Below, piece after piece: positions 20,780 through 31,026 of a stretch of 64,000 nucleotides of DNA. This stretch comes from Candidatus Borrarchaeum weybense (lineage in GTDB: Archaea; Asgardarchaeota; Sifarchaeia; Borrarchaeales; Borrarchaeaceae), in contig JAHQJS010000006.1 in NCBI GenBank assembly GCA_019057385.1, positions 128,001 through 192,000 on the forward strand. The letters run 5' to 3'. The notes below the pieces were generated by a model that saw only the letters and a list, made by a program, of their open reading frames with translations, had not been told where the DNA came from and did no database searches. The stretch's first letter is position 1, and the number at the start of each line of letters is the position of its first letter. A program made the translations under genes and the position numbers.

Positions 20780-21439
20780 ATGACGAATGAGACTAAAGAT
20801 GACGCAACAAAAATAAATGAAAATAACAACGCGGCAAGTAGTGCAGAAAAAGAAAAGCATGAGGTAGAGATACAAATTGAAATGACCGAAGCGGAAAAGA
20901 TAGAGCAGTTAAAAGAAGATTTAGAGACTGAAAAAGCACGAGCCGAAGATTACTTAAAAAGGTTAAAATACTTGAAGGCAGACCTTGAAAACTTTCAAAA
21001 AAGAGCTAAAAAAGAAATGGAACGAATACAGAAAGTTGGAATTATAAGTTTATTGGGCAAACTATTGACTATTGTAGATGATCTTGAACGAGCCGTTTCA
21101 ACTGCCCAAACCAGTAACAAAGAACTAACTAACTCTACATTTTTTGATGGAGTAATGATGATTTCAGATCAGTTTAATAAGGTCTTAAAAGAAGAAGGGG
21201 TAAAAAAGATAGACGCCTTAGGAAAACGGATGAATCCTCGTTATCATGAGGTAGTCAGTCGGATTGAATCTTCAGATCACCCCAATAACACAATAATTGA
21301 AGAATATAGAAAAGGATACTTGTTAGATAATGAAGTAATTCGACCTGCTACGGTTGCAGTATCGAAAATTCCTAAAAAAGAAGAATCTATCAAAGAAGAT
21401 TCTGCAAAAGATGATGATAATAAAGAAATGGAGGTATAA
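20780..21439 (+). CDS. grpE: Nucleotide exchange factor GrpE
   Basis: [28 protein letters not shown]; GGAGG SD before ATG 20780. Confidence 0.95.
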   Translation: MTNETKDDATKINENNNAASSAEKEKHEVEIQIEMTEAEKIEQLKEDLETEKARAEDYLKRLKYLKADLENFQKRAKKEMERIQKVGIISLLGKLLTIVDDLERAVSTAQTSNKELTNSTFFDGVMMISDQFNKVLKEEGVKKIDALGKRMNPRYHEVVSRIESSDHPNNTIIEEYRKGYLLDNEVIRPATVAVSKIPKKEESIKEDSAKDDDNKEMEV

Positions 21440-21441
21440 TT

Positions 21442-23328
21442 ATGGCTAAGGAAACAAAAAGAGAAAAAATTATTGGTATAGATCTTGGAACTAGCAATTC
21501 AGCAGCGGCGGCTATGATGGGCGGTAGACCTGTCATAATTCCGAGTGCGGAAGGAAGCACTCAATATGGCAAAGCGTTCCCTTCATATGTAGCTTTTGCT
21601 GAAGATGGATCGCTACTTGTAGGTGAACCTGCACGTCGCCAGGCAGTGTCAAATCCTGAAGCTACCATCACTGCGATTAAGCGAAAAATGGGCCAAGATT
21701 ACAAGGTGAACATTTTTGGCAAGACATATTCACCCCAACAAATCTCAGCTTTCATACTTCAAAAGATTAAACGCGATGCTGAGGCCTTTCTAGGTGGAAA
21801 AGTGGAAAAAGCAGTGATTACAGTACCAGCGTATTTCAATGATAACCAGCGACAAGCAACAAAGGATGCAGGGGTCATTGCCGGATTAGATGTTGTTCGT
21901 ATTATCAATGAACCAACTGCTGCATCTTTAGCTTTCGGCATTGACAAAATGGATCAGGAATTAAAAATTCTTGTGTTCGACTTTGGCGGCGGTACTCTTG
22001 ACGTAACAATTATGGATTTTGGACAAAACGCGTTTCTGGTTGAATCAACAAGTGGTGATACCCAGTTAGGCGGAACTGATATGGATAATGCTATTGTTGA
22101 CTATATTGTTGATGGGTTTAAGAAAGACAGTGGAATTGATCTTCGTTCTGATGCGACCGCAATGCAGCGCGTGAGAGAGGCTGGAGAGAAGGCAAAGATC
22201 GAACTATCTACGATCTTGGAAACAGAAATAAATCTCCCATTTATTGCTGCAGATGAAAGCGGACCTAAAAACCTGCGAATGAAATTTACTCGTTCAACAC
22301 TGGAACGACTCGTAACTCCTATTATAGAGCGATGCAGAGGCCCAATGATGACCGCATTGCAAGATGCAAAATTACAACCAAGTCAAATTGATAAAGTCAT
22401 CCTCGTCGGTGGTCCCACTCGCATGCCTATTGTAAGAAAATTCGTGGAGGATATCATTGGTAAACCTGCTGAACGTGGAGTAGATCCGATGGAATGTGTA
22501 GCTACGGGTGCAGCTATTCAGGGAGGCATCATGGCTGGAGAAATAGATGAGATTGTACTTCTAGATGTTACACCACTTACACTCGGCGTTGAAACACTAG
22601 GTGGAGTCGCTACTCCGATAATGGAAAAAAATACGACAATTCCTGCCGAACGAAAACAGATATTTTCAACCGCAGCTGACTTCCAAACATCTGTAACAAT
22701 TAACGTGTTACAAGGTGAAAGAAAAATGGCAGCAGATAACGTATCGCTTGGCATGTTTAATCTTGTGGGTATCCCACCTGCTCCAAGAAATGTTCCACAA
22801 ATTGAAGTAAAATTCGATATCGATGAGAATGGAATATTAAATGTTACAGCGAAAGATCTTGGCACGGGCAAAGAACAGTCAATCACTATTACGGCGTCAA
22901 CCAAGTTAGATCAGTCTGAGATTGATCGGATGGTTAAAGAAGCGGAACAATTTGCCGAACAGGATAAACAAAAGAAGGAAGAAGTCGAAGTTAGAAATAA
23001 CGCGGATTCAATGATATATACTGCAGAGAAGACTTTAGCAGATCTCGAAGACAAATTGGCGAAAGAACAAAAGGATAGAATCAGAAATACAGTGAATGAA
23101 TTAAACGAAGCCTTGAAAGGCGATGATATAGCACAAATAAAAGAGAAAACGGAAGCACTTGCAAAGATATTACAAGAAATTGGAACCGCAGTATATCAAC
23201 AGGTTGCACAAGAACAAGCTGCTCAACAACCGCCTCCTGGTAGCGGGGCTGAAACCACAGGAACATCTCCACCACCACCCGGAGAAAAGGTTGTAGATGC
23301 AGACTATGAAGTTGTGGATGACGAATAA
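21442..23328 (+). CDS. dnaK: Chaperone DnaK (Hsp70)
   Basis: [33 protein letters not shown]. Confidence 0.98.
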   Translation: MAKETKREKIIGIDLGTSNSAAAAMMGGRPVIIPSAEGSTQYGKAFPSYVAFAEDGSLLVGEPARRQAVSNPEATITAIKRKMGQDYKVNIFGKTYSPQQISAFILQKIKRDAEAFLGGKVEKAVITVPAYFNDNQRQATKDAGVIAGLDVVRIINEPTAASLAFGIDKMDQELKILVFDFGGGTLDVTIMDFGQNAFLVESTSGDTQLGGTDMDNAIVDYIVDGFKKDSGIDLRSDATAMQRVREAGEKAKIELSTILETEINLPFIAADESGPKNLRMKFTRSTLERLVTPIIERCRGPMMTALQDAKLQPSQIDKVILVGGPTRMPIVRKFVEDIIGKPAERGVDPMECVATGAAIQGGIMAGEIDEIVLLDVTPLTLGVETLGGVATPIMEKNTTIPAERKQIFSTAADFQTSVTINVLQGERKMAADNVSLGMFNLVGIPPAPRNVPQIEVKFDIDENGILNVTAKDLGTGKEQSITITASTKLDQSEIDRMVKEAEQFAEQDKQKKEEVEVRNNADSMIYTAEKTLADLEDKLAKEQKDRIRNTVNELNEALKGDDIAQIKEKTEALAKILQEIGTAVYQQVAQEQAAQQPPPGSGAETTGTSPPPPGEKVVDADYEVVDDE

Positions 23329-23359
23329 CCTATTTTCCTTTTTTTAAAGGTGAGTTGCA

Positions 23360-24472
23360 GTGGAAAAGCGCGACTACTACGAAGTATTAGGCGTCTCAAA
23401 AGATGCTTCACAGGACGATATCAAAAGGGCATACCGAAAGCTAGCTGTTCAATTCCATCCAGATCGCAACAAAAACCCAGGTGCTACAGACAAGTTTAAA
23501 GAGGTCTCTGAAGCCTATGCTGTTCTTTCTGATGATGAAAAAAGACGCATGTATGATCAATTTGGGCATGCAGGAATTGATGGTAGATACACTACTGAGG
23601 ATATTTTCAGTGGGGTTGACTTTGATTCCATTTTCAGAGATTTTGGCTTTGGAGGTGGCTCTGGAGGATTCGGTGGATTTGAAAGTATTTTTGATGTATT
23701 CTTTGGGAATCGGCGAGCGAGAACGAGAGGTCCAAGAGTTCAACGCGGTGACGATTTACAAATTGAACTCGAAATAACTTTAAAAGAAGCGGCTAGCGGC
23801 ATTGAACGTCAAATTGACGTGCCACGTAGAGAACGATGTCCAGTTTGTGAGGGGACAGGTGCCGAACCAGGCACATCGGTAAATACTTGCCCAAAATGTA
23901 AAGGAAATGGACGACTTCAAATTTCTCGTACACAAGGATATTCGCAGTTCGTACAAATAGTACCATGCGATCGCTGTAATGGCGAAGGAAAAATTATTGA
24001 GAAACCTTGCCATAACTGTAGAGGATCTGGAGTGGTTCGCTCAACTCGAAAAATAAATGTTACAATACCTAAAGGTGTAGAAACAGGCTCTGTACTGCGA
24101 TTACGAGGAGAAGGAGAAGTTAGCACTTCAGGAGGGGGACCTTCAGGAGATCTATATGTCGTTCTTAATGTTCTTCCGCACGAAATATTCCAGCGAGATG
24201 GCACTACTCTCTATCTTGAACAGCCAATAAGTTTTTTCCAAGCCGCACTCGGCGCTAAAGTAAAAATTCCTACTCTTGATGGTGCTGCAGAACTCAAAAT
24301 CCCAGCAGGCACCCAAACCCATACACTATTTCGTCTAAAAGGAAAAGGAATGCCAAGTTTAAATGGTGGACGTGGAGATGAACTCGTAAGAGTGATCATC
24401 AAGACTCCCGAAAATTTGACAAGATCTCAAAAAAAGCTTTTGCAAGATGTAGCTAAAGAGCTTGGTGAATAA
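23360..24472 (+). CDS. dnaJ: Chaperone DnaJ
   Basis: J domain HPD, G/F region, four CxxCxGxG repeats. Confidence 0.98.
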   Translation: MEKRDYYEVLGVSKDASQDDIKRAYRKLAVQFHPDRNKNPGATDKFKEVSEAYAVLSDDEKRRMYDQFGHAGIDGRYTTEDIFSGVDFDSIFRDFGFGGGSGGFGGFESIFDVFFGNRRARTRGPRVQRGDDLQIELEITLKEAASGIERQIDVPRRERCPVCEGTGAEPGTSVNTCPKCKGNGRLQISRTQGYSQFVQIVPCDRCNGEGKIIEKPCHNCRGSGVVRSTRKINVTIPKGVETGSVLRLRGEGEVSTSGGGPSGDLYVVLNVLPHEIFQRDGTTLYLEQPISFFQAALGAKVKIPTLDGAAELKIPAGTQTHTLFRLKGKGMPSLNGGRGDELVRVIIKTPENLTRSQKKLLQDVAKELGE

Positions 24473-24476
24473 CCGC

Positions 24477-25013
24477 ATGGAACTTGATATTGAGAAGATT
24501 TTAGATATTTTAGGCAACAAGACTCGCCGAAAGATTCTTGCAGCTCTTTCCGAAGAGGCGGGTTATGTCTTTCAATTATCTGAAGACATTAATATCAGAC
24601 ATCAAGCTATAAGAAAACATCTCGATCAGCTTAAAGAATTAAAAATCATAAAGAGCTATGAAGGTGCAAGTACAGTTGGTGGTCCACCCAGAAAATATTT
24701 TAAGATCACTAAATCTTTTTCAATCATGGCAGATATTACACCTGACTCGTTTGAAACAAAAATCCTGTCTTTTGAACGACAAAGTCCAGATCAGGACGAA
24801 TATGAAGAACTAACTGATAAAATAGAAACTATTGTTAACACTAGAGATTCTCCAGATGAAAAGATTTCTGATTTGAATATGGCTTTAGAAAACCTGAATT
24901 CTGAAATTGAGGAACTGGAGAAAAAAAGACAGTATCTTGTCGAATTACGACAGAAAATAATAAATTACATCAAAACATTCAATGAAAAATTAATTGAAAC
25001 TAAATCAGAATAG
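24477..25013 (+). CDS. ArsR-type wHTH regulator with C-terminal coiled coil (Phr/HSR1-like heat-shock repressor)
   Basis: LDILGNKTRRKIL, AIRKHL, GPPRKYF; last gene of dnaK operon. Confidence 0.8.
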   Translation: MELDIEKILDILGNKTRRKILAALSEEAGYVFQLSEDINIRHQAIRKHLDQLKELKIIKSYEGASTVGGPPRKYFKITKSFSIMADITPDSFETKILSFERQSPDQDEYEELTDKIETIVNTRDSPDEKISDLNMALENLNSEIEELEKKRQYLVELRQKIINYIKTFNEKLIETKSE

Positions 25014-25020
25014 TTTTTTT
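25014..25020 (+). terminator. Oligo-T archaeal terminator
   Basis: T7 directly after stop codon. Confidence 0.5.
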
Positions 25021-25089
25021 GATGAGATATTCTTTGATAGAGACATTAAGAGTTATAGAAGAATCCATGAAAGTTTAATATTGACGAAG

Positions 25090-25430
25090 GGTTCTGTTCT
25101 AAGTAGAACTACATACCTTGACGTGTAAAAAGGCTGTAGCTTCGGCGAACTTGGGCTTCATTGTATCATGTGGAGACCTCGCATCGCCTTTTTAAAAGAA
25201 TAATCCGGAATGGTGGGTAGTATACGATGCTGATTTTTGCCCCTAATTTTCTTTATTGTCCATACAATCTGCTCCCATATATCAGAAAGCATGCCATTGA
25301 GTACATGTCTGTAGTCGCAGAGAAATTCATACAGGTCGAGGTTATACTTAAGAGAATAGGTCTTGAACAGTAGTAACCACCGTTTTTTGTAATGATAGAA
25401 CAGTTTACGCCATATAATGGTGTATACGTA
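25090..25430 (-). mobile_element. Internally deleted IS200/IS605-type tnpB element (non-autonomous relic)
   Basis: Hairpin TACGCCAT-ATA-ATGGTGTA at 25406-25424, 5' tnpB fragment, then a right-end-like tract ending ACAGAACC near 25090; boundaries approximate. Confidence 0.6.
25158..25370 (-). pseudogene. tnpB: N-terminal fragment of archaeal TnpB (70 aa, CTG start, absent from ORF track)
   Basis: Manual translation FKTYSLKYNLDLYEFLCDYRHVLNGMLSDIWEQIVWTIKKIRGKNQHRILPTIPDYSFKKAMR resembles archaeal OrfB N-termini; no RuvC or zinc finger. Confidence 0.6.
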
Positions 25431-25600
25431 ACTCTATTTAAATATTACAGTCTTTAACCTATTTGGATGGCTTTAAAAGGAAAAATGATTCATTTAAACG
25501 AAATAAAGTTACCTTTATTTCCATAGAGTTCTAAATTTTTATATAATGTGACGAAGGCGTAAACTTTTTATTCACTTTAACTTCATGTTTTCCCCAATCT

Positions 25601-25649
25601 ATCTACATACACTTCATGTAGATATCTACATAGAGTGAGTTGTCACTCT
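25601..25649. promoter_or_regulatory. Palindrome cluster upstream of thermosome operon
   Basis: ATCTACAT-N7-ATGTAGATATCTACAT followed by AGAGTGA-GTTG-TCACTCT. Confidence 0.5.
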
Positions 25650-25711
25650 CAAAAATTGTTGTAACCTAATTTTCAAAAAAAATAAAATGTAACAAAAAGA
25701 AGGTGTTAAAA

Positions 25712-27358
25712 ATAGCAGCAAATTTAGGTGGAACACCTATCCTTCTATTAAGAGAAGGAGCACAAAGAACTGAAGGAAAAGATGCTCAAAGAAACAATAT
25801 TGCAGCAGCAAAAGTAATCGCTGAAGCGGTTCGGACATCACTCGGACCCAAAGGCATGGACAAAATGCTGGTTGATTCATTCGGTGATGTTGTTATAACG
25901 AACGACGGTGCTACAATACTAAAAGAAATCGATGTACAGCATCCTACAGCGAAAATGGTTGTCGAATTAGCTAAAACGCAAGATGTGGAAGTCGGGGATG
26001 GCACAACAACAGTTGTCGTGCTGGCTGGAGAACTATTAAAAGCCGCAGAGACACTCCTTGACTTGGATGTTCATCCTACAGTCCTTGTTGAAGGATATAG
26101 AAAAGCAACAGAAAAAACCCTTGAAATCCTTGATGGCTTTGGAATGCCAGTAAATATTGAAGATACAGCAATGCTAAAGAATATCGCTATGACCGCAATG
26201 GGCTCAAAAATGGTAGCTTATTCCTCAGACTATTTGGCAGATTTAGCAGTGAAAGCATGCAAGCAAGTCGCTACTCAAGTCGACGGTGGAGCGTGGAAAG
26301 TAGATATCGAAAACATCGCTATACAAAAGCAAAAGGGCGAAAGTTTAGAAGACACAGAATTGATTAACGGAATTGTCATGGACAAGGAAATGGTTCATCC
26401 AGGCATGCCTAAAATCATAAGAGATGCTAAAATTGCTCTTCTCAGCGCTGCCTTAGAGATAACAAAAACTGAATTCGATTCGAAAATCAATATAACAGAT
26501 CCAACTCAAATGCAAGCATTCCTAGACCAAGAAGAAGATATGATCAAAGAAATGGTCGATAAACTAAGTATCGCTGGCGCAAACGTCGTTCTCTGCCAGA
26601 AGGGAATGGATGACATAGCTCAACATTTTCTCGCAAAAGCAGGAATGGCAGCTATTAGACGAGTAAAAAAATCTGATATCGAGAAACTAGCTAAAGCAAC
26701 AGGTGGACGAATAGTATCAAATCTTGACGAACTTACTCCTGAAGATCTAGGTGAAGCCACAACAGTAGAAGAACGAAAAATTTCTGATGAAAACATGGTT
26801 TTTGTCGAAGGTTGCAAGAACCCAGGAGCTGTGAGCCTCTTAATTCGAGGTGGTACAGAACTTATAGTTGATGAGGCAGACCGCGCGATCCATGATGCAC
26901 TTTGCGTCGTGAGAAACGTGATTCAAGACGCAAAGGTCGTACCTGGCGGAGGCGCACCTGAAATTGAAATTGCAAGAGGTTTACGTGATTATGCGCGATC
27001 TCTAGGAGGTCGTGAACAGTTGGCAGTAAACAATTTTGCAGATGCAGTCGAAATCATCCCACGCTCGCTAGCAGAAAATGCTGGTTTAGATCCCATTGAT
27101 TCATTGGTGCAACTACGTGCAGATCATGATCAAGGTAATACTAGCTATGGTGTTAATACAGAAGAAGGTGGTACAACAGATATGGCCGCATTGAACGTAT
27201 TCGAGCCTCTTGCTGTGAAAAAACAGGCGATTAAAAGTGCAAGCGAAGCCGCTCAAATGATCCTACGAATTGATGACGTCATCGCAGCGTCAGACCTTGG
27301 AGCAGGTCCAGGAGGACCACCAGGAGGAATGCCCGATATGGGCGATGAGGAGTATTAG
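25712..27358 (+). CDS. thsA: Thermosome (group II chaperonin) subunit 1; probable ATA start
   Basis: [24 protein letters not shown]; ATA at 25712 aligns with the paralog's ATG (ORF track uses GTG 25703). Confidence 0.96.
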   Translation: MAANLGGTPILLLREGAQRTEGKDAQRNNIAAAKVIAEAVRTSLGPKGMDKMLVDSFGDVVITNDGATILKEIDVQHPTAKMVVELAKTQDVEVGDGTTTVVVLAGELLKAAETLLDLDVHPTVLVEGYRKATEKTLEILDGFGMPVNIEDTAMLKNIAMTAMGSKMVAYSSDYLADLAVKACKQVATQVDGGAWKVDIENIAIQKQKGESLEDTELINGIVMDKEMVHPGMPKIIRDAKIALLSAALEITKTEFDSKINITDPTQMQAFLDQEEDMIKEMVDKLSIAGANVVLCQKGMDDIAQHFLAKAGMAAIRRVKKSDIEKLAKATGGRIVSNLDELTPEDLGEATTVEERKISDENMVFVEGCKNPGAVSLLIRGGTELIVDEADRAIHDALCVVRNVIQDAKVVPGGGAPEIEIARGLRDYARSLGGREQLAVNNFADAVEIIPRSLAENAGLDPIDSLVQLRADHDQGNTSYGVNTEEGGTTDMAALNVFEPLAVKKQAIKSASEAAQMILRIDDVIAASDLGAGPGGPPGGMPDMGDEEY

Positions 27359-27370
27359 GAGGAATAAAAA

Positions 27371-29041
27371 ATGGCATTAAATCTAGGAGGAGTGCCAATC
27401 CTGATTCTTAAGGAAGGCACAGAAAGAACAACAAAAAGAAAAGCTCAAATGAACAACATCGCTGCTGGTAAAGTTATCGCTGAAGCCGTTAAATCAGCTC
27501 TAGGTCCACGTGGTATGGATAAGATGCTTGTAGACTCTCTAGGTGATATTGTAATAACGAACGATGGTGCTACTATTCTTGATGAAATGGACGTGAAACA
27601 TCCCGCTGCGAAAATGATGGTTCAGGTTGCAAAGGCCCAAGACGATGAGGTTGGCGACGGAACAACATCCGCTGTTATTATAGCAGGTCAACTACTTAAA
27701 GGAAGCGAGGAACTGTTAGAATCAAAGATTCATCCAACAACAATTGTCGCTGGACTAAAGAAAGCAGCCACTAAGGCTACTGAAATTTTAGACAATATGG
27801 CAGTCGATATCGACCCTGAAGACGTAGCTACTTTAAAGAAAGTTGCAATGACAGCTATGAACAGTAAAAGTATCGCTGGATCAAAAGATCTTTTTGCAGA
27901 TATCACAGCAAAAGCTATTGGTCTTGTCAAGGAAGATCGTAATGGAAAGCTTGTTGCAGATTTAGATCATGTAAGTATAGTTAAAAAACAAGGCATGGGC
28001 TTAACAGACACAGAACTTGTAAGAGGCATGGTAATCGACAAAGAAATTCTTCACCCTGCGATGCCTAGACGGGTAACTAACGCTAGAATCGCGATTCTTG
28101 ATGCCGCACTAGAGATCGAAAAGACAGAATTTGACGCAGAGATACGTATATCTGATCCTTTCCAAGTCAAGGCTCTAATGGAAGAGGAAGACCGAATGCT
28201 TAAATCTCTCGCTGAAAAGGTAATAAATACAGGTGCCAACGTTTTGCTATGCCAGAAGGGCATAGAGGATGACATAGTAGGTTTCTTAGCAAAAGCAGGT
28301 ATTCTGTCAGTACGACGTGTTAAAAAGAGCGACATGAAAAGACTCGCAAGAGCTACAGGCGGAAGAATTGTGAGCAATGTAAAAGAACTATCAGCCGATG
28401 TTCTTGGAAGTGCAGGCGTTGTTGAAGAAGCGACGCTCGGCGATGACAAAATGGTCTACATAAGAGACTGCGCAGATCCAAAAGCAGTTACAGTTGTAAT
28501 CAGAGGAGGCTCTAGCCAAGTAGTAGACGAGGCTGAGAGGGCCTTGCACGACGCGCTCTGTGTAGTGCGCAATGCAGTTCAAGATAAGAAGATCGTAGCA
28601 GGCGGAGGAGCTCCGGAAATAGAAGTTGCTAAAGGACTTCGCGAATATGCTGGAACTATTGGTGGCAGAGAACAAATTGCGATCGAAATATTTGCAGATG
28701 CATTAGAAACGATTCCAAAAACGCTAGGCGAAAACGCTGGCTGGGATCCAATCACTATCATTGTAGAACTAAGAGCAAAGCACGAAACTCCAGAAGGAAA
28801 ATGGTTCGGTATAAATGTCTACACTGGCAAGCCTAGTGACATGATGTCAGAAGGTGTCATCGAACCATTATCTGTCAAGAAACAAGCAATTAAAAGCGCA
28901 AGTGAAGCAGCACACATGATACTTAGGATCGATGACGTCATTGCCAGTAAAGCTGAGAGAGGCCCACCTATGCCCCCAGGCGGAATGGGCGGAATGCCCC
29001 CAGGCATGGGCGGAATGGGCGGAATGCCCGGCATGATGTAA
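27371..29041 (+). CDS. thsB: Thermosome subunit 2 with GGM-repeat tail
   Basis: [17 protein letters not shown]-terminal PPGGMGGM repeats. Confidence 0.96.
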   Translation: MALNLGGVPILILKEGTERTTKRKAQMNNIAAGKVIAEAVKSALGPRGMDKMLVDSLGDIVITNDGATILDEMDVKHPAAKMMVQVAKAQDDEVGDGTTSAVIIAGQLLKGSEELLESKIHPTTIVAGLKKAATKATEILDNMAVDIDPEDVATLKKVAMTAMNSKSIAGSKDLFADITAKAIGLVKEDRNGKLVADLDHVSIVKKQGMGLTDTELVRGMVIDKEILHPAMPRRVTNARIAILDAALEIEKTEFDAEIRISDPFQVKALMEEEDRMLKSLAEKVINTGANVLLCQKGIEDDIVGFLAKAGILSVRRVKKSDMKRLARATGGRIVSNVKELSADVLGSAGVVEEATLGDDKMVYIRDCADPKAVTVVIRGGSSQVVDEAERALHDALCVVRNAVQDKKIVAGGGAPEIEVAKGLREYAGTIGGREQIAIEIFADALETIPKTLGENAGWDPITIIVELRAKHETPEGKWFGINVYTGKPSDMMSEGVIEPLSVKKQAIKSASEAAHMILRIDDVIASKAERGPPMPPGGMGGMPPGMGGMGGMPGMM

Positions 29042-29070
29042 AAGAGCATAAAACGTCTATAGACTAATAT

Positions 29071-29103
29071 CTTTTCTCTTCTTCTTTTTTTAATTCTTTT
29101 TTT
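29071..29103 (+). terminator. Pyrimidine/oligo-T terminator after thermosome operon
   Basis: CTTTTCTCTTCTTCTTTTTTTAATTCTTTTTTT. Confidence 0.6.
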
Positions 29104-29290
29104 ATAACAGAAAAAAACGAGTAACAAAGTCGGCAATTAAGGCAATACACATGATGCTACCGATCTAAAACGTTATGATTATACATAACGCTCGTTATGA
29201 AAAACGTCTATAACTAGAAAAAGAAAGCGTCTCCGCTCTCTCCCCTACCGCGTCGTTGAAAAAAATATTCGCGATCATTATATATTGTGT

Positions 29291-29443
29291 TCAAGCAATT
29301 ACGATTTTCAAGCGATCAATGACTTCATCGCAAGCATCGCATACCCACTTATACTCGCCTTCTCTACCATTTTCACCGTTATGGTTTATAATAAAGCGGG
29401 CGTGCACTTCTTTTCCACATTTAGGACAGATTTTAGTTTCCAT
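29291..29443 (-). CDS. 50-aa zinc-ribbon microprotein
   Basis: METKICPKCG...WVCDACD; GGAG SD upstream of ATG 29443. Confidence 0.7.
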   Translation of the reverse strand: METKICPKCGKEVHARFIINHNGENGREGEYKWVCDACDEVIDRLKIVIA

Positions 29444-29723
29444 AGTTGTGTTACAACTCCAATAACTGTTTCTATAGTTGCTTTGCAAATGCAAAGATTG
29501 TAATATAACTCCAGACAATTTCTAGAGTTCTGGAGTCTAATATATGTAGATCTTTTTAAATCTTTGGATTAAATCCTCTATAATTGACTATTGTCAACCT
29601 TTGTAAATGTAAAGACTAAACTGGATTTTTTTAAGAATGTCTTTTATACAGTCTATTACGTATTCTAAGTCTCTTATGTAGACGCGCTCAGTATTAACAC
29701 GAACGTGTCTAAAAAAAATCATG

Positions 29724-30665
29724 TTACTCATTAAACTGAGACAGTTCGTCAGCGATATCCAAAGCCTTTCTAACGACGTCTTCAGCATCATTTCCAGTGA
29801 TATACATGCAGGGTTCGATGCCAAAAGCTCCAATGTCGCAGATACAATCTGGGACTATACCATTAACCATCTCAATTGCCGAAGTCATTCCCCACGTTTC
29901 AATGTCTATTATCTCTTTTGGTGCATTCTCTCTATTAAATTCAGAGACAGATAAATTTAATTCTTGACACGCTCGATTAATTTCTTCGTCGTATCTGGCG
30001 TTCATTACAGCCCTTTTGTTCGAATCAAACTTCATAATTGTTAATAGAACTAAAGCGATATGATGCGAAACGTTGAATGCTGGTCTTTCGACGGCTTTAG
30101 GTTTACCTCTAACGAGAACAATGCGACCTGGAATCCCGGCTACTTCCATAACATCATGTGCATCAGGAACAGCCATCGCTAAATTTACGCGCAGTTTAGG
30201 CATGAGCACACTAAAAGTTTCGCTTTTTTCTAATAAACTGACAGCACGTTCCATATTTGAAAGCACATATGATCGTTCTGAGATTTCCATTGAGTCCAAA
30301 ATTCTGAGTTCTGTACACACATTACATTCGTCTCCTAAAGGAAGTATGCGTTTATGTTCTCTGCAAACAAAGCTTCCTTCACGTAGCGAAAAACAGCTTT
30401 TGCAAAGTTCTAATATAATTTCTTTTGGGCCTATATCTGATAAGTCAATTGAGCGTGCTAAGTTCTTAGCGATATCTTCAAAGCTTGAATCAGTTTCCCG
30501 CAATTTCATATTAGATAAATATTTCGAAACGCTTGCTTGAGTTAAACCTAGAGTCTGAGCAACTTTTTCTTGAGTATAGTTATAACTTTCACTTAATTCT
30601 CTTGCAACCAGTCGTCTTAAACGTGGTAAATACATTTTCACAATGATTTCGCAAGGTGGACGCAT
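29724..30665 (-). CDS. thiR: HTH + ThiN-domain thiamine regulator (ThiR-like)
   Basis: MRPPCE..HTH (TQEKVAQTLGLTQASVSKY), VAGIPGRI, SHHIA, FGIEP. Confidence 0.8.
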   Translation of the reverse strand: MRPPCEIIVKMYLPRLRRLVARELSESYNYTQEKVAQTLGLTQASVSKYLSNMKLRETDSSFEDIAKNLARSIDLSDIGPKEIILELCKSCFSLREGSFVCREHKRILPLGDECNVCTELRILDSMEISERSYVLSNMERAVSLLEKSETFSVLMPKLRVNLAMAVPDAHDVMEVAGIPGRIVLVRGKPKAVERPAFNVSHHIALVLLTIMKFDSNKRAVMNARYDEEINRACQELNLSVSEFNRENAPKEIIDIETWGMTSAIEMVNGIVPDCICDIGAFGIEPCMYITGNDAEDVVRKALDIADELSQFNE

Positions 30666-31026
30666 ATTTATCCCTTATCTCGTTTTTTGTTTGTACACTC
30701 CTGAGCGAACTTTCTACGAATGTATTTAAGTGACGTGCGCGAATATAAACCCTTGCTTCATAACATTACAAGGGCAATAATCTCTTTTCGCTGTTTTTTC
30801 GTTGATTTTTCAAGTAGAAGAGTTTATATGCTTACTTTCTGTGATATATATAGTAAGACAGAAGTCTACACACATCTTACTCATTCTTTAAGTAAGATGA
30901 ATATCAAAATTGAAACGAACTATTCACCCAAAATACAAAATAGTTATGAATAATGAAATTGTGAATTACTCAGAAAAAATTATCCCTAACTATCTATAGG
31001 TTGACGTTAATCTGAGCATAGGGGCG

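Noticed and set aside
28970-29038. GC-rich tandem repeats as possible CRISPR or VNTR
   Set aside because: Encode the ordinary GGM chaperonin tail; no spacers
21759-29136. Numerous antisense ORFs over dnaK, dnaJ and thermosome genes (and similar shadows elsewhere)
   Set aside because: Shadow frames of conserved genes with no motifs or SD
30720-30953. 77-aa ORF between thiR and the tubulin operon
   Set aside because: No SD or motif; lies across divergent promoters
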